This document shows, in pieces, positions 19,435 through 28,314 of a stretch of DNA of 64,000 nt. The stretch spans positions 1,376,001 through 1,440,000 of the forward strand of contig CBDCKW010000009.1 in assembly GCA_965218435.1 (NCBI GenBank), written 5' to 3'. The translations under genes were made by a program, and so were the position numbers. Origin of the DNA: Truepera sp. (GTDB lineage Bacteria > Deinococcota > Deinococci > Deinococcales > Trueperaceae). Position 1 is the stretch's first letter, and every line of letters starts with the position of its first letter. A model generated the notes under the pieces. The model worked only from the letters and a program-made list of their open reading frames with translations. It did not search any database and was not told the DNA's origin.

Positions 19435-20424
19435 TTAGCTCACCGCGCAAATTTTTTGCAGCTCGAGCCGCACTACCTCCGGCGCAAGTCCCAAACCGAG
19501 CAAGTAGGTGAGTTTAGTTAGCGCCGTTTCGGGCGTGAGGTCGTAACCGCTCGAGACGCCCGCCGCTGCCAGCCCTTGCCCGGTCGCGTAGCTCGCCATC
19601 ACTACACCGCCCTGCCAGCACTGCGTACAGTTGACGATCACGACGCCCCGCGCCGTAGCTTCGCCTAAAACAGCTAAAAAGTCCGGGTCTTGCGGGGCGT
19701 TGCCGCTGCCGTAAGTTTCTAGCACCAAGCCCTGCAACGGTTCCCGGAGCACGTTGCGTAAGATGTTCGCGCTCATTCCGGGAAACAACCTGAGCGACCC
19801 GACGTTGACAGGTGTCAGCGGCGTGAGCGGCGCGGTCGCCGGGGGTAAGCGGTGGGTGGGCTCGAGCACCACCTCCACGCCAACTCGTCCGAGCGGCGGC
19901 GCGTTCGGCGATTCAAAGGCTCCAAAGCCCGACGCCGACACCTTACGGGCACGGTTCTCCCGTAAAAGCACGCCGCTAAAATACAAACACACCTCGTCGA
20001 GTGGCGCGGTTGCCGCTAAGAGCAGCGCCGTAATGAGATTTTCACGGCCGTCGCTCCGCAGCTCTGAAAGCGGAATCTGTGAACCGGTCAGGACGACGGG
20101 TTTGGCGAGGTTTTCTAACATAAACGACAGTGCCGACGCGCTGTACGCCATCGTATCGGTGCCGTGGAGCACGACAAAACCGTCAAAGGCGTCGTAATTC
20201 TGGGCGATGTCCCCGGCAATCACGCCCCAGTCGCGCGGCGACATTTCGGCGGAGTCCAGGAGCGGCGCGTATTCGTGCAGCGTTATTTGGGGCAGTTCAG
20301 CGGCGTCAAAGGGCGATGCCCGGAGTTGTTCCGCCAAAAAACCGGGCGCAGGCCGGTAACCTCCGGCTGTTCGTTCCATCCCGGTAGTGCCGCCCGTACA
20401 GGCGATGTAAACGGAACGTGTCAC
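19435..20424 (-). CDS. ansA: Type I L-asparaginase, with probable 1-nt frameshift near the C-terminus
   Basis: TGGT, DS, HGTDTMAY, LTGSQIP, YGSGN, DLTPE; the expected NLRGELT ending lies in another frame after an A6 run. Confidence 0.88.
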   Translation of the reverse strand: MTRSVYIACTGGTTGMERTAGGYRPAPGFLAEQLRASPFDAAELPQITLHEYAPLLDSAEMSPRDWGVIAGDIAQNYDAFDGFVVLHGTDTMAYSASALSFMLENLAKPVVLTGSQIPLSELRSDGRENLITALLLAATAPLDEVCLYFSGVLLRENRARKVSASGFGAFESPNAPPLGRVGVEVVLEPTHRLPPATAPLTPLTPVNVGSLRLFPGMSANILRNVLREPLQGLVLETYGSGNAPQDPDFLAVLGEATARGVVIVNCTQCWQGGVVMASYATGQGLAAAGVSSGYDLTPETALTKLTYLLGLGLAPEVVRLELQKICAVS

Positions 20425-20616
20425 GTGGGTCAGACGTACGCCCACACGCAATGTGCCTGAGCTTTCGCTGTTTAGCTAAGCTGGGTTGATTGCTCTTATC
20501 GCCACCTGTTGAGTGTCTGAGAGACGCTTTTCTTCGTCAAACCGGTAGCTACCAACTTCTGACACCTGACGCTTGAATGCTTACTTCTGGATTCCTGCTT
20601 CTTACGCCTTGCCGAA

Positions 20617-21180
20617 TCAGCGAATTCCCGGCGGTACCTGGGTCGGCGGCGGCTCCGGTAGGTTGCGCGGTTCAGGGACGCCCTCGAGCCGCTTCACTAC
20701 CCCATTTTCGTTACACCCGACAAAAAACGGGCAGCGCAGACACTCTGACCAGACGCGCGGGTGCAGCTCTTTGGTCTTGTCAAGCAGCCGAAAGCCGCAC
20801 CGCTCAAAAAAGCCGACCGAGTACGTCCAGGCGAACAGCGTCGGCACCCCGATACGCCGCGCCTCGAGTTCACACGCCGCGACCAGCTCACGTCCGACGC
20901 CCTTTGACTGCACCCCCGGCCGCACCGCTAGCCCACGCACCTCGGCAATGTCACCCCAGAGGATATGCAGCGCCCCGCACCCGGCAAAGTGTCCATTTAC
21001 TTCGGCGACAAAAAAGTCGCGCAGGTTTTCAAAGATGTTCTGCATGGGCCGCACCAACATCTTGCCCTGACCCGCCCAGTAGCCGATGGTTTCAAAGATG
21101 TCTACGACATCTTCGGCTTTGGCAGGCCGTACCGTAACTAAACCGAATTTTGCTCTCGGTGCGGTTTCAGTCGTCTCCAC
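20617..21180 (-). CDS. argA: Short-form amino-acid N-acetyltransferase (ArgA-like GNAT)
   Basis: MLVRP..IFENLRDF, GCGALH, AEVRGLAV, WSECLRCP; directly after argH. Confidence 0.75.
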   Translation of the reverse strand: METTETAPRAKFGLVTVRPAKAEDVVDIFETIGYWAGQGKMLVRPMQNIFENLRDFFVAEVNGHFAGCGALHILWGDIAEVRGLAVRPGVQSKGVGRELVAACELEARRIGVPTLFAWTYSVGFFERCGFRLLDKTKELHPRVWSECLRCPFFVGCNENGVVKRLEGVPEPRNLPEPPPTQVPPGIR

Positions 21181-22561
21181 GTAACATCTCCTTGGCCATT
21201 TCTACTTGCATTTCGACCTGACCGAGCGCCGTGCCGCCGTAGCTCGAGCGCACGTTTACGACGGTCTCGAGCTTCAGCACCTCGTATACATCTTCGCTAA
21301 TAAGTTCCGATACCGCCTGCATCTGCCCTAAACTCAGCTCCTGCAAATCTTTACCCTCACGCACCCCGAGCGCCACCAGCTTGCCGACGACCTCGTGCGC
21401 AGCGCGGAAGGGGAGACCTTTTCGGGCAAGATAATCGGCCAAGTCCGTCGCGTTCGAGTAGGCACGTCCGGCCGCGTGATACAACCGTACCTCATTGACC
21501 TTAAGTTTCGGTAGTAGATCAGCCGTCAGCCGCAGGCAGAGCCGCAGCGTATCCGCCGTGTCAAACGCGCCCTCTTTATCTTCTTGCGTGTCTTTATTGT
21601 AGGCGAGCGGCAAACCTTTAAGCGTCGTCAAAAGCCCTAGCAAGTGCCCGTAAACGCGCCCGGTTTTGCCCCTTGTGAGTTCAGACACGTCCGGGTTTTT
21701 CTTTTGCGGCATGATGCTTGAACCTGTCGTATGCGAATCGGGCAGGGTGACAAAGCCGAACTCTTGCGACGACCATAAGATGAGTTCTTCGGAGAGTCTC
21801 GAGAGGTGCATCATCACGAGGCTGGCCGCACTCAAAAACTCGACGACAAAATCGCGGTCGGACACCGCGTCGAGCGAATTGCGGGCGGGCCGGTCAAAGC
21901 CGAGCAGTTCGGCGGTGCGGGTGCGGTCAATCGGAAAACCCGTCCCGGCAAGCGCCCCGGCCCCGAGCGGTGAGACGTTCAGGCGTTTAAGAGAGTCTTG
22001 CAGCCGCTCCGCGTCACGTGAAAACATCTCGAAGTAGGCCAACAGATGATGCGATAAGAGCACGGGTTGGGCAACCTGCAGATGTGTGTACCCCGGCATA
22101 ATAACGCCCAAATGTCTGTCGGCAGCCTCTACGAATGCCATACGAAGGTCGTGCAAAAGTGCAATCAGCGCGTGCGTCTCGTCCCGGAGCCAGAGCCGAA
22201 AGTCGGTCGCTACCTGGTCGTTGCGGCTGCGGGCGGTGTGCAGTTTGCCGCCGACCGGCCCGACGCGCTGTGTCAGGGCGGCCTCGAGGTTCATATGTAC
22301 ATCTTCTAATTCAGTGCGCCAGCTAAACGTCCCGGCTTCAACTTCTTTTCGTAAGTCCTCGAGCCCTTGAACAAGCTGCGCGGCCTCATCCTCGCTCAAA
22401 ATACCGGTTTCACCGAGCATCGTCGCGTGCGCGATCGAGCCCTGGATATCTTGCAGGGCCAGCCGCCGGTCAAAGTTGATCGAGGCGTTGAACTGTTCGA
22501 CCAGTGCGTCGGTGCTCTCAGCAAAGCGTCCGCCCCACATGCGTTTGGTTGGTTTAGTCAT
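21167..22561 (-). CDS. argH: Argininosuccinate lyase
   Basis: WGGRF, HTARSRNDQV, PGYTHLQ, GSSIMPQKKNPD. Confidence 0.96.
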   Translation of the reverse strand: MTKPTKRMWGGRFAESTDALVEQFNASINFDRRLALQDIQGSIAHATMLGETGILSEDEAAQLVQGLEDLRKEVEAGTFSWRTELEDVHMNLEAALTQRVGPVGGKLHTARSRNDQVATDFRLWLRDETHALIALLHDLRMAFVEAADRHLGVIMPGYTHLQVAQPVLLSHHLLAYFEMFSRDAERLQDSLKRLNVSPLGAGALAGTGFPIDRTRTAELLGFDRPARNSLDAVSDRDFVVEFLSAASLVMMHLSRLSEELILWSSQEFGFVTLPDSHTTGSSIMPQKKNPDVSELTRGKTGRVYGHLLGLLTTLKGLPLAYNKDTQEDKEGAFDTADTLRLCLRLTADLLPKLKVNEVRLYHAAGRAYSNATDLADYLARKGLPFRAAHEVVGKLVALGVREGKDLQELSLGQMQAVSELISEDVYEVLKLETVVNVRSSYGGTALGQVEMQVEMAKEMLRGDD

Positions 22562-22569
22562 CTGGTCAT

Positions 22570-23106
22570 CTATTTTTTCGCGAGTTCGTCAATGGTTCCC
22601 AAGATAGTGTCACCCTCAGGGTAAAGGCAGTCTTCCCACGAAGCTACAGCGCCTGAAATGATAACGGCACCATACGCCCTCGGCTCTTCTGGATAAACTC
22701 TATAGCCAGCTGAGCCGTATATTGTGCTGCCGCAGATTGTGTAGGTCACACCTGGGTTATTCGTCAGCTTGATCAAATAATCTCCAAAAACACCTCTTAC
22801 CTGCGGTTTGAGATAAGCCAGGTCGCCATATTTACTCTCTTCATAACCCGTCATCGCGTAGACCTCGCCGTCCAAGCTGACGGTTCCTTCAAAATCGTAA
22901 CGGGTTGAGGTCGTGCTAACCAGACGGCTTTCGGTAGTGATAGGTGGCATCGGCGGATTGACATCGTTGATGTAATCTTCAGGATTTCCAGGATAATACG
23001 TCCCTACAAACGTGCCAATCAGATAAGGCTGAGTATCTATAACTTGGTCGCAGCCCGCTAAACTTGTTACGAACAGAAGAACTAAAAGAGCTTTCAAAAA
23101 GTTCAT
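22570..23106 (-). CDS. Hypothetical lipoprotein inserted in the arg operon
   Basis: Lipobox SLAGC; lower GC; ATG 23106 overlaps the upstream stop. Confidence 0.65.
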   Translation of the reverse strand: MNFLKALLVLLFVTSLAGCDQVIDTQPYLIGTFVGTYYPGNPEDYINDVNPPMPPITTESRLVSTTSTRYDFEGTVSLDGEVYAMTGYEESKYGDLAYLKPQVRGVFGDYLIKLTNNPGVTYTICGSTIYGSAGYRVYPEEPRAYGAVIISGAVASWEDCLYPEGDTILGTIDELAKK

Positions 23107-23324
23107 TTTCTCCACTCGCCACGCAGAAGCCTCTGATATTGCACTCCGTCTATAGTTTTGCCACGCCATAAATCAAATGACTCAGATAGGTCACCTATCC
23201 GGTGAGTATTCAGATATTCGGTCACAGCCTCGCGGATAAGTGCTGTGCTCGAGACCCCTTTTTGCTCACCGAGTTTAGTTAGGGTCTCGAGCTGCTCGTC
23301 AGTCAAATCTACGGCGATTTGCAT
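23103..23324 (-). CDS. Ribbon-helix-helix (CopG/VapB-like) antitoxin without toxin
   Basis: MQIAVDLTDEQ..L..GVSSTALIREAV..YL..FDLW..DGVQYQRLLRGEW. Confidence 0.75.
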   Translation of the reverse strand: MQIAVDLTDEQLETLTKLGEQKGVSSTALIREAVTEYLNTHRIGDLSESFDLWRGKTIDGVQYQRLLRGEWRK

Positions 23325-23337
23325 ACAAATGAGCGTA

Positions 23338-23808
23338 TCATCCCTGCCGCTGCCACACCCCACCGACCCGTTTGGAAAGCTCGAACGGCCTCTCAGCGTC
23401 CTTGGGCCGGTAGCCCATCCGGGTGTAGTAAGGGAGCAAGTCGGTTTGGGTTTCGCTTAGCCTCAGGCGCAACTCGGGGATATTGTGCTGAATGGCGAGG
23501 GCTTCTAAACGTGTCGTCAGCCAGCGCCCGAACCCCTGTCCCCGGTATTCGGGCAGCGTCGCCAACCGCCCGACCTCCCAGCCGTAAGGGGCTTCGTGCC
23601 AACGTAGGGCGCTGATAAAGATTCCCTCACAGACGAAGGTCAGTGCGCCGCCTTCCTCTAACCACGCTGCTATTCGTGCTTCATTTTCAGCAGGGTCATC
23701 CCAGGCTTTTTGGTAAAGCACGGCGAGTGCGTCAGCGTCGGCGTAGGTGGCCCGTTTGAGGTGCGCGGCTTGGGGCTGAGGTTCGGTTGCCACAGGTTGC
23801 GTAATCAT
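23338..23808 (-). CDS. GNAT family N-acetyltransferase
   Basis: [20 protein letters not shown]. Confidence 0.85.
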   Translation of the reverse strand: MITQPVATEPQPQAAHLKRATYADADALAVLYQKAWDDPAENEARIAAWLEEGGALTFVCEGIFISALRWHEAPYGWEVGRLATLPEYRGQGFGRWLTTRLEALAIQHNIPELRLRLSETQTDLLPYYTRMGYRPKDAERPFELSKRVGGVWQRQG

Positions 23809-25091
23809 TCGCTGTACTGGGAAATCTTGAGCGGCGGCGTTTTGGTTTCGGCCCCTTGCTGCGCCGCAATTCGCAGCCGGAGCGCGTTCAGTTTGATAAA
23901 CCCGTCGGCGTCGGCTTGGTTGTACACCGTGTCTTCTTCAAAAGTTACGACGTCTTGGCGGTAAAACGAATTGGGCGATTTGCGCCCCGTTAGGGTAACG
24001 CTGCCTTTGTAAAGCTCGAGCCTCGCTGTGCCCGTCACCGGTTTTTGAATGTCGTCCATGAGGTTTTGCAAGGCGACGCGTTCGGGCGCGAACCAGAAAC
24101 CGTTATAGACGATTGAGGCGTATTTGGGCATCAGTTCGTCGCGGAGCTGCATCACTTGTCGGTCTAGTGTCAACGATTCGACCGCTTTGTGCGCGTGAAA
24201 AAGGAGCGTGCCGCCAGGGGTTTCGTAACAGCCTCGAGATTTCATCCCCACAAAGCGGTTCTCGACAATATCCACGCGGCCGATTCCATGTTTGCCGCCT
24301 AAGGCGTTGGCCTTCTCCAAAAGTTCAACCGGCCCTAATGTTTCGCCGTTAATCGCTACCGGATTGCCCGCTTCAAACTCGAGTTCTATGGTCTCAGGCG
24401 TGTTCGGCGCGTCTTGCGGGTCGGTCGTAAGCCGCCACATATCTTTGGGCGGCGCAGCCCACGGGTCCTCTAACACGCCGCCCTCGTACGAGATGTGGTA
24501 CAAATTCGCGTCCATCGAATAGGGCTTTTCTTTCGTAACGCCGACCGGGATGCCGTGCTCGCGAGCGTAGCGCACGCAGTCTTCGCGGCCCCGCAGCGTC
24601 CACTCGCGCCACGGTGCAATCACCTTGATGTCGGGTTTGAGTGCGTAGGCGGAGAGTTCAAACCGTACCTGGTCGTTGCCCTTACCCGTAGCGCCGTGCG
24701 CTACGGCGTCGGCTCCCTCACTTTCGGCAATTTCGACCATCTTTTGCGCGATCAAAGGGCGGGCAAACGAGGTACCGAGCAGATAGTACCCTTCGTAAAG
24801 TGCTCCCGAGCGCAAGACCGGGAAGACGAAATCCTGGACAAACTCACGTTGTAAGTCTTCGGCGTAGGCGCTCACTGCGCCCGTCTGCAAGGCTTTTTCT
24901 TTGGCCTCGGCGACCTCTTCACCCTGGCCGATGTCGGCGGTAAAAGCGACGACTTCAGCGCCGTAGGTATCTTTTAGCCACCGCAAAATAACTGAGGTAT
25001 CGAGGCCACCGGAATACGCGAGGACAACCTTTTTGATCGTGCCTTGGGTTGAGCGGGGATTAGCTTGTGATGAGCTGGGTTGGGCTGACAT
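23805..25091 (-). CDS. argG: Argininosuccinate synthase
   Basis: [40 protein letters not shown]. Confidence 0.97.
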   Translation of the reverse strand: MSAQPSSSQANPRSTQGTIKKVVLAYSGGLDTSVILRWLKDTYGAEVVAFTADIGQGEEVAEAKEKALQTGAVSAYAEDLQREFVQDFVFPVLRSGALYEGYYLLGTSFARPLIAQKMVEIAESEGADAVAHGATGKGNDQVRFELSAYALKPDIKVIAPWREWTLRGREDCVRYAREHGIPVGVTKEKPYSMDANLYHISYEGGVLEDPWAAPPKDMWRLTTDPQDAPNTPETIELEFEAGNPVAINGETLGPVELLEKANALGGKHGIGRVDIVENRFVGMKSRGCYETPGGTLLFHAHKAVESLTLDRQVMQLRDELMPKYASIVYNGFWFAPERVALQNLMDDIQKPVTGTARLELYKGSVTLTGRKSPNSFYRQDVVTFEEDTVYNQADADGFIKLNALRLRIAAQQGAETKTPPLKISQYSE

Positions 25092-25147
25092 TCGGTTCTC
25101 CTAAGTTGTGGTGATTAACGTTGTGGTAATTAGCGGCGAAGCGAGAC

Positions 25148-25180
25148 AAGAAAAAACCTCACCCGAGTTGGGCGTAAGGC
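25148..25180 (-). terminator. Attenuator-type intrinsic terminator in the argG leader
   Basis: Minus strand CCTTACGCCC-AACTC-GGGTGAGG followed by TTTTTTCTT, upstream of the argG RBS. Confidence 0.7.
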
Positions 25181-25205
25181 GGTTGCGCTCGCTTGATAGC
25201 GGGCG

Positions 25206-25241
25206 TTAACGTCGGACGCGGCGGGTAAGGTGTGCACTCAT
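25206..25241 (-). CDS. Putative Arg-rich leader peptide MSAHLTRRVRR
   Basis: 11-codon ORF with 4 Arg in its last 5 codons, 25 nt before the terminator. Confidence 0.65.
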   Translation of the reverse strand: MSAHLTRRVRR

Positions 25242-25261
25242 AATTTTGACCGCAGGTTTAG

Positions 25262-25279
25262 CTTAGATAAATATGCAAA
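25262..25279 (-). promoter_or_regulatory. ARG box (ArgR operator) candidate
   Basis: TTTGCATATTTATCTAAG resembles TGmATAwwTATkCA and lies upstream of the arg operon. Confidence 0.55.
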
Positions 25280-25377
25280 CCGTGCGATAACCTTGCAAAC
25301 TCTAGCATGTCCTTTTGAGAGGGTCAAGCATAGGCGTTTCGTATCGGGGTAAAGGTTAGCTGGGGAGGCGGTCAAAC

Positions 25378-26445
25378 GTGACCGGGCGCGTTTTGCAACT
25401 CCTATTTACAGGTAGCATAGCCGGGTGGGTAGGGGGTTTAGTGACCAGGCAGGATAGGCAGCGAAACGCCCAGGTAAGCCTGGGGCTTCGGATAGTTGCA
25501 GGACTTCTTTTAGGTGTAACCGTCGGGCTCCTTTTGGGGTGGTGTGCGCCGCTTCTACTCTGGCCGGTCGCGCTTGTATTCGTGGCAGTGTGGCTGGGCC
25601 GCTGGCCGCGGCCGGGGGTGTGGCTGCTGGCTGCGACGCTCGGTGTGGTAGTGGTGATTCCCTTTGCACAGATTTTCGTCCAAACGCTCGAGCCAGCTAG
25701 CAAACCGAGTGCTTTTGTGCGGGCCGTCTCGAGCACCCCCCGAGAAGCGCAAGCGTGGACTGGTGTCCAGCGTCTCACAGTTCGCAATACGGACGGCAAC
25801 ATCACGGTGACCGGCGGCCCTTGGCGGCTCCGGGCGCGCTACCGTTGGGGCGCACAGGCAAGCGGCGTCCCGGACGCTTTACTTACGGCGCAGCGCGGTC
25901 AAACGCTCGCCTTTACCGGGCTCGAGCCCGCGTGGGATCAAACACCGCTACGGGCGGCTGAGGCTCAGCTCCGGGCTAGGGTACCGCGCCGGGTCGCGCT
26001 GTCGGTAGACGCCCGGAGCGGCGACGTGACGGCCCGCAACCTCGCTTCAGCGCGGGTTGATACCAACTTGGGTGATGTGACGCTCGTAGGTATTGCGGGT
26101 GCGGCGGTCGCCCTGACGGACGTCGGCAACGTGTTCGTCTCGGACGCAGGCGGGGGCGTCGAAGCCAAAACGCTGATGGGCGACATCTGGCTCGAGCCCC
26201 GCCCTAGTCAACCCGGTGAAGGCGTTGCAGCCCCGATCTTAGCTCAAGCGGACGTCGGCGATATTGCGCTCCTCTTACCGTCCGGTACGGACGCCCGCAT
26301 TATGGCGACGTCGGTCTCGAGGCAACTGCCGGAAAACTTTAAGCGGTTGTCACCCACCAAAGGCGAGCTGGTGCTGGGGCAGGGCTCGAGGCTCATCGTC
26401 TTAAAGACTCGAGTCGGCGCAATCCGCGTCGTGCAGCGCCGGTAA
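25378..26445 (+). CDS. Membrane protein with DUF4097-like beta-strand repeats
   Basis: N-terminal TM helices; repeated NTDGNI/ARSGDV/TNLGDV/TDVGNV/TLMGDI/TRVGAI motifs. Confidence 0.7.
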   Translation: MTGRVLQLLFTGSIAGWVGGLVTRQDRQRNAQVSLGLRIVAGLLLGVTVGLLLGWCAPLLLWPVALVFVAVWLGRWPRPGVWLLAATLGVVVVIPFAQIFVQTLEPASKPSAFVRAVSSTPREAQAWTGVQRLTVRNTDGNITVTGGPWRLRARYRWGAQASGVPDALLTAQRGQTLAFTGLEPAWDQTPLRAAEAQLRARVPRRVALSVDARSGDVTARNLASARVDTNLGDVTLVGIAGAAVALTDVGNVFVSDAGGGVEAKTLMGDIWLEPRPSQPGEGVAAPILAQADVGDIALLLPSGTDARIMATSVSRQLPENFKRLSPTKGELVLGQGSRLIVLKTRVGAIRVVQRR

Positions 26446-26676
26446 AAAGTAAGAACTTACACAGCTTGTTCTCGCTAGACGAGTTTGGGGAATAAAGAAT
26501 ACAGGAGGGAGAATAGAACAAGCATTATGTGCTCTGCGTTCTCTATTCCCAAGCTTTTCGGCAGATTTTGTGTACCTTTGACCGCTTGTAGGTAAGCTGA
26601 GTCAAGAATTAAAAAGTAAGAACGTCTTTCTGGCATTTGCCGCACGAAGTTCAAACGCGCCCGACCCAAAAACCGG

Positions 26677-27558
26677 CTAATCTGTACTGGCTTCAGCCTC
26701 GGCCAAGGCGGGCGTACGTGTCGGCAAGCTCGCGGTCAGGGCTGCGCCTAAAATCAGCGCCCCGCCCAGCAGTCCCCAGAGCCCTAGACGCTCACCAAAA
26801 AGTGACGCGCCTAAGAGCGCCGCCACTACCGGCTCGATACTCGCCACGAGCACGGCCCGCGACGCTTCGACCTGTTTGAGACCGGCGTAGTAGAGGCTGT
26901 AGGCGGCGTAAGTGGACAACACGGCGAGCAGCACGAGGAGTCCCCATACCGCCGGAGACTTGGGCGCAAAGTTTACAAACGGCAAGAGTCCGAGCGCCCC
27001 CAAAGGCATCACGAACGCGTTGATAGTGACGGGGCTGTAACGCGACAACGCCCATTTGCCGAAGATGTAGTAGCTGCTGTAACTCAGCGCCGCCGCGAGC
27101 CCCCACAAAAGCGCGGGCGCTGAAACCGTCACGCCTGCGCCGCCACCCTGGGAGACGAGCACCACGCCCGTCAGCGTCAGGGTGAGGAGCCCGAGTTTGC
27201 GGAGCGTCAGCGCCTCGCGCAGAAAAAACCAGGCGGCGACCGCCACGAACGCCGGGGCGCTGTAGAGCAAAATAGACGCTAAACTGACCCCGCCGTACTG
27301 CACGGCGAGGGTATATGAGGCGTAAAAAAGCGTGATGCCGACGAGTGAAAAGGCGGCGAAAGCGAGTAGGTCACGTGGTTGGGTCACGCCGAGTTGCCGA
27401 GTCAAACCTGCCTGAGCAACGAACAGACCACCAGCTAGCAGCGCCCGCCAAAAGGCCAGCTCGAGCGGCCCTACCCCTGCGCCCAAAATACCTTTGGAGA
27501 AAACCCCGATCAGTCCCCAGAGCACGGCGGCAAAAAAGATGAGCAGGTAGCCTTTCAC
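26677..27558 (-). CDS. EamA/DMT family transporter
   Basis: About 10 TM helices, LWG, LLYSAP, IEPV..FGE; leaderless TACGCT-N6-GTG. Confidence 0.9.
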   Translation of the reverse strand: MKGYLLIFFAAVLWGLIGVFSKGILGAGVGPLELAFWRALLAGGLFVAQAGLTRQLGVTQPRDLLAFAAFSLVGITLFYASYTLAVQYGGVSLASILLYSAPAFVAVAAWFFLREALTLRKLGLLTLTLTGVVLVSQGGGAGVTVSAPALLWGLAAALSYSSYYIFGKWALSRYSPVTINAFVMPLGALGLLPFVNFAPKSPAVWGLLVLLAVLSTYAAYSLYYAGLKQVEASRAVLVASIEPVVAALLGASLFGERLGLWGLLGGALILGAALTASLPTRTPALAEAEASTD

Positions 27559-27597
27559 CTACTCAGCGTACCGTTAGCAGGTAGCATCCGTATATTA

Positions 27598-27840
27598 ACC
27601 TCGAGTGCTAGTTGGTTATGAGATATCTAGAAGACTCAAAAAGTTCACCGATTGCGTCATAGACGTTGTTTCCAGCTCACTCAGAAGGGTTAAGAAAATA
27701 ACCACGAGCGGCAAGCAGCCTTGAAGATTCACCGAAAGTATTTGTTCGGGTAGGCCAGCGGTCATGGTTGAAATACCATTTTGTGTCACAGACGCACTTC
27801 CTCGGTTGCAACGGGTCGTTTGTCTACCAGCACTCGAGGT
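27598..27840 (-). mobile_element. 243-bp non-autonomous IS982-derived element (MITE)
   Basis: TIRs ACCTCGAGTGCTAGT / ACCAGCACTCGAGGT; 5-bp TATTA direct repeat on both flanks; ends nearly match the IS982 end at 61367-61383. Confidence 0.75.
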
Positions 27841-28314
27841 TATTAAGAGAAGCGAGGTGTTGGCCAGGTAGCATCAGCTTTACCAGCCAAGACCAGAACT
27901 GCAGACCTCGCTTTTTAGGCTACGCTGCCGTTGCCCGATACCGAGCCGCTTTACGCTTGATAGCCGGATATGCACCGCTAGGTTAGAGCAAAACTCTCTA
28001 GGTTCTTAGCCTTGACCTGTGCGTGCATTAACCCGGAGGTTGTATGGTCATGAAGAGTCCTCAGCAGGGCGTCCCTAGCGGGGTACTTCGTGCAGTTACG
28101 CCGTTATAGACACTCGTTGCGTCGCTTAGAAGATGACACCTCTTGCTGAAGCCTCCTCTAGTCGTCAACCCGTATCCAGCAAGCCACATGGCGGTTGAGT
28201 AGAGGCAAGAAAGAGCCTCTGACAGTAAATAAGAAGTCCAACACTCTGAAATAAGCTTAGTGCAATCTCTCTTGGAAATGCTACCAGTAGCTGCGCGGCT
28301 CCTATACTTGAGCT

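Noticed and set aside
27845..28314. Cobalamin riboswitch upstream of the B12-dependent mutase
   Set aside because: No B12-box motifs recognisable and the gene appears leaderless
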